DNA of 64,000 nucleotides from Alphaproteobacteria bacterium (lineage in GTDB: Bacteria > Pseudomonadota > Alphaproteobacteria > UBA2966): the NCBI GenBank assembly GCA_964291395.2, contig OZ219858.1, forward strand, positions 1,264,953-1,328,952, read 5' to 3'. The notes below the pieces were generated by a model that saw nothing but the letters and a program-made list of their open reading frames with translations, had not been told where the DNA came from and did not search any database. Made by a program: the position numbers and the translations under genes. Positions within the stretch are counted from its first letter, which is position 1. Every line of letters begins with the position of its first letter. Below are positions 52,868 through 63,112 of the stretch, piece by piece.

Positions 52868-53364
52868 GTCGAGGTATCGCCGGCCAATTCCTCGAGGCCG
52901 AAGACGGCGTCGGAGGAGTTCATCATGAATGTGCCGACGCTGTTGGCTACGGGGTCGTCTGGATCGCCGTGATACGCGACCGCCCGCGTAAAACCGATAT
53001 TGCGGGTGAGACGGTAGCATCGGGCGTCGGCACGAAGCGGTTCACGGGGTGTCGCCGGCTTGAGGTAGTCGATACGCAGATCCAAGGTGGCAATGGAGAT
53101 CAAGTCGGGCAGCGCCGAGAACACGGCACATCCGGACGCCGTATCGATCAACGTGGTGATGACGCCGCCGTGCAGAACTCCCGTCTCGGGATTGCCGATC
53201 AATCGTTCCTGATAGGGCAGGATCAGTTGCGTACGCCCCGGCGTGATCGCCTCGACGCGAATGCCGAGTTCTCGCCCGTGGGGGATGGAGTCGGCAAACT
53301 TCTGCGCGGTGTCCAAATCCGCGGCGATAGGATTGTGCGACTCGGCGGGGTCGAAACTCGACAT
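52864..53364 (-). CDS. PaaI family thioesterase
   Basis: GNPETGVLHGG, ATLDLRIDYL. Confidence 0.9.
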   Translation of the reverse strand: MSSFDPAESHNPIAADLDTAQKFADSIPHGRELGIRVEAITPGRTQLILPYQERLIGNPETGVLHGGVITTLIDTASGCAVFSALPDLISIATLDLRIDYLKPATPREPLRADARCYRLTRNIGFTRAVAYHGDPDDPVANSVGTFMMNSSDAVFGLEELAGDTST

Positions 53365-54344
53365 CAACACCCGTGATATTCGCGAAACCAGTCCACGAAC
53401 CGCGGAATACCCTCTTTGACCGTGGTTTTGGGCGCGTACCCGATCTCCCGAGCCGCGGCCGATATGTCCGCATAGGTCTCCGGGACGTCACCGGGTTGGA
53501 TGGGCTCGAGTCGTTTCTCCGCCTTCTTGCCCAGCGTCTCTTCCAGCACGTCGATGACGTCAAGCAATGATTCCGCCCGGTTGTTGCCCAGATTGAGGAC
53601 CCTGTGCGGCGGATGCCGGTTCGACCGGAACAGGGGGCGGTCCAGGGCACGCAAAGTTCCGTCGACGACGTCGTCGATATACGTGAAGTCTCGTCGCATA
53701 TCGCCGTAATTGAATACACGGATGGGGCGATCGTTCAGAATGGCGTCCGTAAACCGGAACAGCGCCATGTCGGGCCGGCCCCAAGGCCCGTAGACGGTGA
53801 AGTACCGAAGACCCGTCTGCGGCACGCCGTACAAATGGCTATAAGCATGACTCATCAATTCGTCTGCCGCTTTGGTCGCGGCATAAAGCGAAATGGGCCG
53901 GTCGACGCGGTGCTCCGTTGAAAACGGCACGTTGGTGTTCCCGCCATAGACGGAGCTGGAACTCCCGTAGACCAGGTGTTCGAAACCTTCGGTATGACGG
54001 CAGAGTTCGAGAACGCATGCGTGACCGACCAAGTTGCTCTCTATGTAAGCCATCGGATTTTCGATGGAGTATCTGACTCCCGCTTGAGCCGCGAGATGCA
54101 CGATCCGCTTGAACGGTCCGAACTCGGCAGCGATATCCCGCATCGCGGACAGATCACCGACATCGGCTCGGACGAACCGGAAATCGTCGTGCCGGTTGAG
54201 TCTGGCCAGCCGGGCCTCTTTCAACTGCACCTCGTAGTAGTCGTTGACATTGTCGACGCCGACGACCCGGTCTCCGCGCTCAAGCAATGAGAAAGCGACG
54301 CTGTAGCCTATGAAGCCGGCCGCACCGGTCACCAAAATGGTCAT
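53364..54344 (-). CDS. NAD-dependent epimerase (UDP-glucuronate 4-epimerase-like)
   Basis: TGAAGFIG, HLAAQAGVRYS, YAATK, VYGPWGRPDMA. Confidence 0.92.
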   Translation of the reverse strand: MTILVTGAAGFIGYSVAFSLLERGDRVVGVDNVNDYYEVQLKEARLARLNRHDDFRFVRADVGDLSAMRDIAAEFGPFKRIVHLAAQAGVRYSIENPMAYIESNLVGHACVLELCRHTEGFEHLVYGSSSSVYGGNTNVPFSTEHRVDRPISLYAATKAADELMSHAYSHLYGVPQTGLRYFTVYGPWGRPDMALFRFTDAILNDRPIRVFNYGDMRRDFTYIDDVVDGTLRALDRPLFRSNRHPPHRVLNLGNNRAESLLDVIDVLEETLGKKAEKRLEPIQPGDVPETYADISAAAREIGYAPKTTVKEGIPRFVDWFREYHGC

Positions 54345-54486
54345 ATGTGGGCAATACCCAAGGACTGGCGTGTTGGCTCGCGTTGGAGGCCGCCAACATA
54401 AAACGGCTTTTCGTCCAAATCACGCTAATTCCAGCGATTCGCGGTCTCATTACTGTCGCGCCGAATCATTCAAGAATGCCCTGAAC

Positions 54487-54842
54487 TGTCGAGAACATTT
54501 TGAACTGGCCGATTTATGCACCCTATGAGTTGACCGCTTGTGTTGTGGTCGGGCCGTGGAAGAGGGCAGCGCGCGGCGGCGGCGCTTGCGCCGGTGCGCG
54601 CCGGCGCCGGAAGGTGCGCTCCGGGACCCCCGGCATCTCCGCCGCCTCGGCTTGGCTCAACAGCCGCGCCGCGGTCTCGTCTCGCCTAGTCTCGCCTAGT
54701 CTCGGCTTGTCCCGCTTCGTCCGCCGGGTTGGGCGGGGTGTCGGCGCCGTCCGACGCCTCCAAACCCTCCGTGGCTTGGAGGCCTTCCAAAACCGGACGG
54801 ATCATCTGGTACATGGACCGGACATATCGTGTGTTACCGGCA
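54487..54842 (-). mobile_element. Internally deleted IS1202-family (ISNCY) element with 16-bp target duplication
   Basis: Flanked by CAAGAATGCCCTGAAC (54471-54486) and CAAGAATACCCTGAAC (54843-54858); TG..CA ends with repeated CCGGAC motifs; residual HTH peptide LLSQAEAAEMPGVPERTFRR. Confidence 0.8.
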
Positions 54843-55129
54843 CAAGAATACCCTGAACAAGACAATTCCTTGACGCCCCGCTATACTCTATCCAAATCCA
54901 CTACTGGTGATCGGTGAGTCGTCGTGGGTGCCCCTCAGCGCTCCGTCCTGTACCGCAACGTGCTGGTTTTCGGGCCTGAAGCAGACGAATTCAAGCTTCG
55001 ATCCTGATTGGCAATCGTGAATCAAGAACGACGCCGATACATGGAATTGCTGCCGCCCGCCGGGGAATTGCCACTACCTGCCTGGTGCGCTACCACTTTC
55101 GATGGCCGTCGAATTCCGGAGAGATGCGA

Positions 55130-58100
55130 ATGAGCCTTGCCGCCGTCACGCTTGAGGACAAGTACACGGCATCCAGCGGCCGCCTGTTCATGACGGGGAT
55201 GCAGGCGCTCGTCCGTCTGCCTCTGCTCCAGCGGGACCGGGACCTTGCGGCGGGACTTAATACGGCCGGCTTCATATCGGGCTATCGGGGCTCGCCCCTG
55301 GGCGGCTACGACCAAGCACTGTGGCAGGCCAGCGGATACTTGAACGAACACCACGTCAGGTTCGTTCCCGGCGTGAACGAGGACTTGGCGCTGACTTCAG
55401 CCTGGGGTTCGCAACAACTGCACCTTTACCCCGATACCAAGTATGACGGCGTCTTCGCGATCTGGTACGGCAAGGGTCCCGGCGTCGACCGTTCCGGAGA
55501 CGTCTTCAAGCAAGGCAACGGGCACGGGACCGCCAAGCATGGCGGCATCCTCGCGATCGCAGGGGATGATCCGGCGGCGAAGTCCTCGACCTCGCCCCAT
55601 CAGTCCGAACACACCTTCATCGGCGCGTCGATGCCGGTGCTGGTCCCAGCGGGCGTACAGGAGTTCATCGACTTCGGATTGTACGGGTTCGCCTTGTCGC
55701 GCTTTTCCGGCCTGTGGGTCGGACTCAAGACACTTTCGGACAACGCCGAAAGCACGGCCATCGTCGATATCGATCCGACTCGGCTCGACATCGTCACGCC
55801 CGACGATTTCGAGTTGCCGGCAGACGGTTTGAGCCTGCGTTGGCCGGACGACAGATTCGAGCAGGAGATTCGACTTCACGAATACAAGGTTCCGGCTGCG
55901 CTCGCCTTCTGCCGTGCCAATTCTCTGAATCAGGCCGTGTTGTCAGGACCCCGGCGCCGGTTCGGCATCGTGACGACGGGCAAGGCCTATCTCGATGTGC
56001 GGCAAGCCCTCGATGATCTGGGTATCGACGACAACGCTGCACGCGAACTCGGTATCGCGGTCTACAAAGTCGGTATGGTCTGGCCCCTGGAGCCGGAAGG
56101 AATGATGGCCTTCGCCCGGGGTCTCGACGAGATTCTAGTCGTCGAGGAAAAACGGGGTATCGTCGAGGACCAACTGAAGGACCTGCTCTACCATCTGCCC
56201 GACGGTGAGCGTCCCAGGATCGTCGGTAAGTCTAGTGAAAACGGGGCCCCCCTAATTCCGGTGGCCGGGGAACTGGGCGCGTCGCTCGTTGCCCGGGCCA
56301 TCGCAAAGCGGATCTCTCCATTTCATACGACCGACCGGATTACAGAGCATCTCGCGTTTTTGGACTCCAAGGACGCGGACATCACGTCCCTCGATCCCCG
56401 AGACCAGCGCACTCCCTACTTCTGCTCGGGATGCCCCCATAACACGGGCACCAAAGTGCCTCACGGTTCGTTCGCCAACGGCGGAATCGGCTGTCACTGG
56501 ATGGCTCTGTACATGGACCGCAATACCATCACATACACGCAAATGGGTGGCGAAGGCGCAAACTGGATCGGCTTGGCGCCTTTCACGGGCACGCCGCATT
56601 TGTTCCAGAACATGGGAGACGGGACGTTCTACCATTCGGGGTTGATGGCCGTACGGGCCAACGTCGCCGCCAACACCGACATAACCTACAAGATTCTCTT
56701 CAACGATGCGGTCGCCATGACGGGCGGGCAACCGATCGAGGGCCAGTTGACGGTTCCTGAGATCGCTTGGCAGGTGCATGCAGAGGGCGTCAAGAAGGTC
56801 GCCGTGACGTCGGATGAGCCCGACAAATATCCGATCGGTGCCGACTTCCCCCCGGGAACGACAATCCATCATCGCGATGAACTGATGGAGGTTCAAAAGA
56901 GTCTTCGCGACACCCCCGGTGTCACGGTACTGATTCATGATCAAACTTGCGCGGCGGAGAAGCGTCGGCGTCGCAAACGCGGCCTCTTTCCCGACCCCGA
57001 CAAGCGGGCCTTCATCAATCATCGCGTGTGCGAGGGATGCGGCGACTGTTCGGTGAAGGCTAACTGCATTTCCATCGAGCCGCTGGAGACCGAGTTCGGC
57101 CGTAAACGCGTGATCAATCAGTCCTCCTGTAACAAAGACTATTCCTGCGTCGACGGTTTCTGCCCGAGCTTCGTGACGGTGCATGGTGGTGGGGTCCGAC
57201 GGCTCCGATCAGGCGCCGACGCGGCGGCGGTCTTCACGAGACTGCCGGAGCCGGAACTCCCCAAGATCGACTCGCCTTATGGCATCGTGGTGACGGGCGT
57301 GGGTGGCACGGGTGTCGTCACCGTCGGCGCGCTGCTCGGGATGGCGGCGCATCTTGAAGGAAAAAGTTGCACGATTCTCGACATGACGGGACTCGCCCAG
57401 AAAGGCGGGGCCGTGATCTCTCATGTGCGACTCGCTGAGACCCGCGACAGGCTTCACGCCGTGCGCTTGGGCACCGGCGCCGCGGACGTCGTTCTGGGCT
57501 GCGACATGGTCGTAGCGGCGGATAGGGAAGCCCTGATGCGCATGCGCAAGGGGGCCACGCATGCGGTGATCAACAGCCGCATGACGCCCACCTCCCACTT
57601 CACGCTTGATCCGGATATCGATTTCCACGAAGAACACATGCGTCAAGTCATCCGTGCCACCGCTGGCGACAACTTGACAGATTTCGTGGATGCCACGGGA
57701 CTGGCGACCGCTCTGATCGGAGATGCCATCGCGACCAACCTCTTCCTGACCGGCTACGCCTACCAGCGGGGCCTCATCCCGGTCTCGGCCGAAGCGATCG
57801 AGCGCGCCATCGAACTCAATGGCATCGCGGTGGAAAGCAACGTACGTGCGTTCAATTGGGGGCGCGCCGCCGCCCATGATATCGCCCGTGTCGAGGCGGC
57901 GGCCGAACCGACGTTCCAAGGAGCGGCATCTATTGCCACGGACTCGGAAGACATCGTGGCAATCCGGGAGGCTGAGCTCACCGCCTATCAGGACGCGGCC
58001 TACGCGCAGCGTTACCGTGAACTCGTCGATCGCGTGACGACCGCCGAGCGGAACAAGGCCGGGGGAATGACGGGTCTCGGCGAGGCTGTTGCTCGCTGTT

Positions 58101-58600
58101 ACTTCAAGCTGTTGGCGTACAAGGATGAGTACGAGGTCGCCCGCCTGTACGCGGACGAGAGCTTTTTGTCGGCTCTAAACAACCAATTCGAAGGAGACTT
58201 CACGCTCAGGTTCCATCTCGCGCCGCCCATCGGATCCCGCCGCGACCCGCAGACGGATGAACTGCAGAAACGTGAATTCGGTCCTTGGGTTCTGACCGTT
58301 TTTCGAACTCTTGCCAAATTCAAAAGGCTCCGTGGCACCGTGTTCGACATCTTCGGGCATACCAAGGAACGCCGCATGGAACGAAGACTCATTACGGAAT
58401 ACGAGGGTGTGATCGGCGAACTCATCGAAGGCCTCACCGCGGACAATCATGCGCTGGCGACCGAAATTGCCGCCCTGCCTTCGCAGATCCGGGGATACGG
58501 GCACGTAAAGGAACGAAATGTCGATGGGACGAAGGCACAGGAACAGCACCTGTTGTCCCTCTTCCGGAACCCGACGCCACACGCACGAGCCGCCGAATAG
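55130..58600 (+). CDS. Indolepyruvate ferredoxin oxidoreductase family, fused alpha-beta
   Basis: GYRGSPLGG, CSGCPHN, GDGT TPP motif, CEGCGDC ferredoxin motif. Confidence 0.93.
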   Translation: MSLAAVTLEDKYTASSGRLFMTGMQALVRLPLLQRDRDLAAGLNTAGFISGYRGSPLGGYDQALWQASGYLNEHHVRFVPGVNEDLALTSAWGSQQLHLYPDTKYDGVFAIWYGKGPGVDRSGDVFKQGNGHGTAKHGGILAIAGDDPAAKSSTSPHQSEHTFIGASMPVLVPAGVQEFIDFGLYGFALSRFSGLWVGLKTLSDNAESTAIVDIDPTRLDIVTPDDFELPADGLSLRWPDDRFEQEIRLHEYKVPAALAFCRANSLNQAVLSGPRRRFGIVTTGKAYLDVRQALDDLGIDDNAARELGIAVYKVGMVWPLEPEGMMAFARGLDEILVVEEKRGIVEDQLKDLLYHLPDGERPRIVGKSSENGAPLIPVAGELGASLVARAIAKRISPFHTTDRITEHLAFLDSKDADITSLDPRDQRTPYFCSGCPHNTGTKVPHGSFANGGIGCHWMALYMDRNTITYTQMGGEGANWIGLAPFTGTPHLFQNMGDGTFYHSGLMAVRANVAANTDITYKILFNDAVAMTGGQPIEGQLTVPEIAWQVHAEGVKKVAVTSDEPDKYPIGADFPPGTTIHHRDELMEVQKSLRDTPGVTVLIHDQTCAAEKRRRRKRGLFPDPDKRAFINHRVCEGCGDCSVKANCISIEPLETEFGRKRVINQSSCNKDYSCVDGFCPSFVTVHGGGVRRLRSGADAAAVFTRLPEPELPKIDSPYGIVVTGVGGTGVVTVGALLGMAAHLEGKSCTILDMTGLAQKGGAVISHVRLAETRDRLHAVRLGTGAADVVLGCDMVVAADREALMRMRKGATHAVINSRMTPTSHFTLDPDIDFHEEHMRQVIRATAGDNLTDFVDATGLATALIGDAIATNLFLTGYAYQRGLIPVSAEAIERAIELNGIAVESNVRAFNWGRAAAHDIARVEAAAEPTFQGAASIATDSEDIVAIREAELTAYQDAAYAQRYRELVDRVTTAERNKAGGMTGLGEAVARCYFKLLAYKDEYEVARLYADESFLSALNNQFEGDFTLRFHLAPPIGSRRDPQTDELQKREFGPWVLTVFRTLAKFKRLRGTVFDIFGHTKERRMERRLITEYEGVIGELIEGLTADNHALATEIAALPSQIRGYGHVKERNVDGTKAQEQHLLSLFRNPTPHARAAE

Positions 58601-58626
58601 ATCGATCCGCGACCGTCCGGGAGAAC

Positions 58627-59343
58627 ATGCGCATGGTTGAAGCAGGAGCCGCACTTGTCGTGGGTGCCGGTCCGGGATTGGGATCTGCGGTCGCGCAGAG
58701 GTTCGCCGACGCAGGGATGCCCGTGGCGGTGTCCACTAGGACCCAAAGAACGGTTGCTGCCATCGCATCGGGGATCAACGGTGCCGGAGGAACTGCCAAA
58801 GCCTATGCCGCCGATGCCACCGATGAGGATGCCGTCATCGACTTGTTCGATCGGGTCGAAAGCGATTTGGGTCAGATCGATGTGGTGATTTACAACGCCG
58901 GGGCTTTCATCCGGTCGCCGGTGATCGAGACCTCCGCCGAGGCTTTCATGGACTGCTGGAAAGTTGGCTGTTTCGGGGGCTTTCTCGTGGCGCGTGAGGC
59001 GGCACGGCGCATGCTTCCCCGCAAACGTGGGACCATCCTAGTCACTGGTGCCACCGCCGCGCTCCGGGGAAGCGCCAATTTCGTCAATCTTGCGGTCGGT
59101 AAGTTCGGCTTGCGAGCCTTGGCTCAAAGCATGGCCCGTGAACTCGGCCCCGAAGGAATCCACGTGGCCCACGTCATCGTCGACGGTGTCATTGCTGCCG
59201 AAGATCGCGATCAGACGACCGGGGGTCCAGACGATCTGCTGTCCGCGGACGCTGTCGCTCAGACCTATTTCGAACTCTATTCTCAGCACCGCAGCGCCTG
59301 GACGTTCGAAGTCGATCTTCGACCCTGGGTCGAACGCTTCTAG
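58627..59343 (+). CDS. Atypical SDR oxidoreductase
   Basis: GAGPGLG, YNAG, KFGLRALAQSMAREL. Confidence 0.88.
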   Translation: MRMVEAGAALVVGAGPGLGSAVAQRFADAGMPVAVSTRTQRTVAAIASGINGAGGTAKAYAADATDEDAVIDLFDRVESDLGQIDVVIYNAGAFIRSPVIETSAEAFMDCWKVGCFGGFLVAREAARRMLPRKRGTILVTGATAALRGSANFVNLAVGKFGLRALAQSMARELGPEGIHVAHVIVDGVIAAEDRDQTTGGPDDLLSADAVAQTYFELYSQHRSAWTFEVDLRPWVERF

Positions 59344-59634
59344 ATCATATTTCAGTGTGCTGCGGAAAAGCACGTTTTCCTCGTGGGGGCGAGCACGCGC
59401 AACAACTGTTGCCTCCGGTCGCTAGCAGCCGACCCTCCTGGGATCAGGAGAAGGCCGACGGCGGATTGGGAAAAAGAGACGAACGCATCGGGCCTTTCCC
59501 CTGCAAGGGATAACAGGCCCGGACGTCACGGTGGCGGACAAGTCCGTAGGATGTGCTGAGCAGCATCCGGATTAGGCGGGTTCGAACCCCACTGGCGCTC
59601 GGGTAGGGGGCGTCATATCCAAGAGTGGGGTTAG

Positions 59635-60029
59635 TGCCTCACCGGCGGGGTGAGCTGATAAGCAATGCCTTTCGATTTGTCGTGGATCCTCAAGGCTGGG
59701 TCGTTCCGGATATCGCGGAGAAGCTGTCCAGTCGGGGTGTCTGGCTGCGCTCGGGTTGGGTGGCGATCGTGTTCCATGCCCGCAACGGTTCGGAGCGCGG
59801 ACGCGAACGTTTGGCGCCCGCGAGAGGTGGCATTCCGGTAGTGACGTTGTTCAAGGGGGCGGAATTGAGTTTGGCGCTCGGGCGCGAAAGTATGGTACAT
59901 GCTGCCGTGACTGTACGTGGATTTACGGATCGTGTCCTTCGCGAAGTGTCGCGTTTGGAAGGAGTCCGTACATCCGACGGTCAAACGATGGATGAATTGT
60001 GGTACGTCCGATCCAACGTGGCGGACTGA
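59635..60029 (+). pseudogene. Degenerate, internally deleted YlxR(DUF448)-L7Ae RNA-binding protein gene
   Basis: RFVVDPQGWVVPDIAEKLSSRGVW joins directly to L7Ae-like LRSG...ELSLALGRESMVHAAV; no intact N-terminal R.C motif in frame. Confidence 0.7.
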
Positions 60030-60038
60030 CTTGCGGAT

Positions 60039-62622
60039 ATGAGCGACACGAAAGAAACCGACGAGAAGAAATCGCTTAGCCTGTCCAAACCCGGGCGGCT
60101 TGAGCTCAAGAAGTCGGTCGAGTACGGCCAGGTTCGCCAAAGTTTTTCTCGTGGCCGAACCAAGGCAGTGGCTGTCGAGCGCGTCAAGAAGCGCTCCGTC
60201 GGTCGGAACCGTCAAGTATCAAAGAGCGGGTTTGCTCCCGAGCTTAAAGAAGTCGTCGCACCAACGAAGGCCGAGGCAACCGCTCCACCTCCGGAGCCGG
60301 ATTCTGCCGTTGAAGCGACCGGCGAGGGCGGTGATACGCGGGCTCGGGTCGTTCTCAAATCCCTGACGGAAGACGAGAAGGCGGCGCGAGCCAAAGCACT
60401 GGAAGGTGCGCGTAAGGCAGACGAGGAGGCACGCCGCCGAGCGGAGGAAGAAGCGCGGCGTCAAGCCCTGGAAGAAGCACGCCGGGCTCGAGAGCAGGCG
60501 GAAGCGGAACGCCGCAAAGCCGAGGAAGAGCGCCGAAAGGAATCCGAGGAAGAAGCGCGGCGCAAGGCCGAAGAGCAGGCGCGTCATTCGTTGGGTGAGG
60601 AAGATCAGCCAACGGAGGTTGGCGAGCGCCCTGTTGTTGAAGAGGAAGATGAACGGCCACGCGCGCGGCGCGGACGGTCTGAGCCTCGTCGCCCGCCCGC
60701 GGAGCGCCGTGACTCGAATCGGCGTCGTCCCGGAAAGATGACGGTGACGCAGGCGCTTTCTGGACGCGAGGAGCGGCAGCGCTCGTTAGCGTCCGTTCGG
60801 CGCGCCCGTGAGCGTGAGAAGCGTGCTGCACGCGACCAAGAAGAGCCGAGTCCGCCCAGGAAAGTAATCCGCGAAGTCGTGGTGCCTGAAACCATCACGG
60901 TTCAGGAGCTTGCCAACAGAATGGCTGAGCGTGCGGTCGACGTCATCAAAGAACTCATGAAAATGGGCGTGATGGCGACGGTCAATCAATCGATCGACGC
61001 CGATTCGGCGGAACTGGTCGTCACGGAGTTCGGCCACCGCATACGACGCGTCGCCGAGGATGATGTGGAGATCGGACTGAAGGGCGAGGACGACCCCGAC
61101 GAGACTCTGAAGCTGCGTCCGCCCGTCGTTACCGTGATGGGCCACGTCGATCATGGTAAGACGTCACTGCTCGACGCGCTTCGTGAAACCGACGTAGTCA
61201 CGGGCGAGGCCGGTGGAATCACTCAGCACATCGGGGCCTATCAGGTCGAGCTCGACTCTGGCGATCGTATTACGTTTCTCGATACACCGGGGCATGAGGC
61301 ATTTACGGCGATGCGGGCGCGGGGTGCGAGCGTAACCGACATCGTCGTCTTGGTAGTTGCTGCTGACGATGGAGTCATGCCTCAGACCATCGAGGCGATC
61401 CGTCACGCCAAGGCGGCGGAAGCGCCCATCGTGGTTGCCATCAACAAGATCGACGTTCCTGACGCTGATCCTGCCCGTGTACGCCAGGAACTCCTCAACT
61501 ACGAGCTCGTTCTGGAAGATCATGGGGGCGACGTCTTGGCAGTCGAAGTTTCAGCCAAGGCGAAGCAGCACCTCGACAAACTGGAAGAGGCCATCCTCCT
61601 CCAGGCGGAGGTCATGGAGCTGCGCGCCAATCCTGATCGCGCGGCTGAGGGGGTCGTGGTCGAAGCAAAGATTGACCGGGGACGCGGCCCGGTTGCGACG
61701 GTATTGGTCAGCCGCGGCACCTTGCGGGGTAAGCGATGCGTTTGTTGCAGGCAGTGCTTGGGGGCGTGTCCGCGCACTGGTGGATGATCATGGACGGAAC
61801 GTGGAGCAAGCAGTCCCGTCACAGCCGGTTGAAATTCTCGGTCTCAATGGACCGCCCGAAGCGGGGGACGAGTTCGTGGTCGTCGAAAACGAAGCCCGGG
61901 CACGGGAAATTGCGGAATTTCGTGAACGTCGCCATCGCACGGAGCGCACCACGGTTATAGCGCGCACGACGCTCGACCAGATGCTGGCGCACGCGCGCGA
62001 CGGCGTGGCGGACGAGCTGCCGGTGATCATCAAGGCCGACGTGCAAGGCTCTATCGAGGCCATAGAAGGTGCATTGGAGGGGCTCGGGACGGATGAAGTG
62101 AAGGTCAACGTGCTGCATTCAGCGGTGGGTGGCATTAGCGAATCTGACGTGACGCTCGCTAACGCGTCGGAAGCCATCGTGATCGCCTTCAACGTGCGGG
62201 CTGATCCACAGGCACGGGAGCTCGCGCGCCGAGAAGGTGTGGAGATCATGTACTACTCGGTCATTTACGAGATCACGGATACGGTCAAGCAGATCCTTTC
62301 CGGCATGCTGGCGCCCGCCCGTCAGGAGAACTTCCTGGGCAACGCAGAAATCCGTGAGATATTCGGGGTCTCGAAGATCGGCAAGATCGCCGGTTGCCTA
62401 GTCACGGATGGAACGATACGCCGGGGAGCGGGGGTGCGGTTGCTGCGTGATGATGTGGTCGTTCACGAAGGCAAGCTTGCATCATTGAAACACTTCCAGG
62501 ACGACGTCAGAGAAGTCCGCTCCGGGCAGGAATGCGGTATGTCCATCGAGAACTACCAAGACATTAAGGTGGGCGACATTATTGAAGCCTTCGAGGTAAA
62601 GGAAATCGCGCGGACCCTGTAG
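60039..62622 (+). CDS. infB: Translation initiation factor IF-2, split by a +1 frameshift at 61726-61729
   Basis: [20 protein letters not shown] in the first ORF; KADVQGS and GQECG in the second frame; removing one G from CGGGGT restores [12 protein letters not shown]. Confidence 0.95.
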
Positions 62623-62674
62623 CCGCGTTGAACCTCCATAGCGAGTCGGCGCCGTTGAGGCGCTCACGAAGCCG

Positions 62675-63109
62675 ATGAAGCGTCGTTCAAGCGAAGCAAG
62701 CCAGCGCCAGCTCCGAGTGGGAGAAGAACTACGCCACGCGCTTGCGGACGTCTTTGGCCGAGGAATCCTGAGAGATCCGGCAATCGTCGACCGATCCATC
62801 ACGGTGACCGAGGTTCGACCCAGTCCGGATCTGAGAAACGCTACGGCGTTCGTCATACCGCTCGGCGGGGGTGATTCGATCGACCTGCTTAAAGCTCTGC
62901 ACCGGTGCGCACCCTTCCTGACCAGGGAGGTGTCCAAGCGCGTGCACCTGAAGTTCGCTCCGCGTTTATATTTCGTGTTGGATGGTTCTTTCGATCGTGT
63001 TGACAAGATCGACACCATCTTGCGATCTCCTGAAGTTACCCGGGACCTGAGAGTGGGGGGAGGAGATCAGCCTCTCCCCGACAAGGATCAGGAGTCCGGA
63101 ACGGTCTAA
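62675..63109 (+). CDS. rbfA: Ribosome-binding factor A
   Basis: SQRQLRVGEELRH, SPDLRNAT. Confidence 0.95.
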   Translation: MKRRSSEASQRQLRVGEELRHALADVFGRGILRDPAIVDRSITVTEVRPSPDLRNATAFVIPLGGGDSIDLLKALHRCAPFLTREVSKRVHLKFAPRLYFVLDGSFDRVDKIDTILRSPEVTRDLRVGGGDQPLPDKDQESGTV

Positions 63110-63112
63110 CGC

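Noticed and set aside
59525-59600. tRNA-like signals (GTGGCGGA and GGGTTCGAACCC with small hairpins)
   Set aside because: No acceptor stem and no 7-nt anticodon loop can be formed
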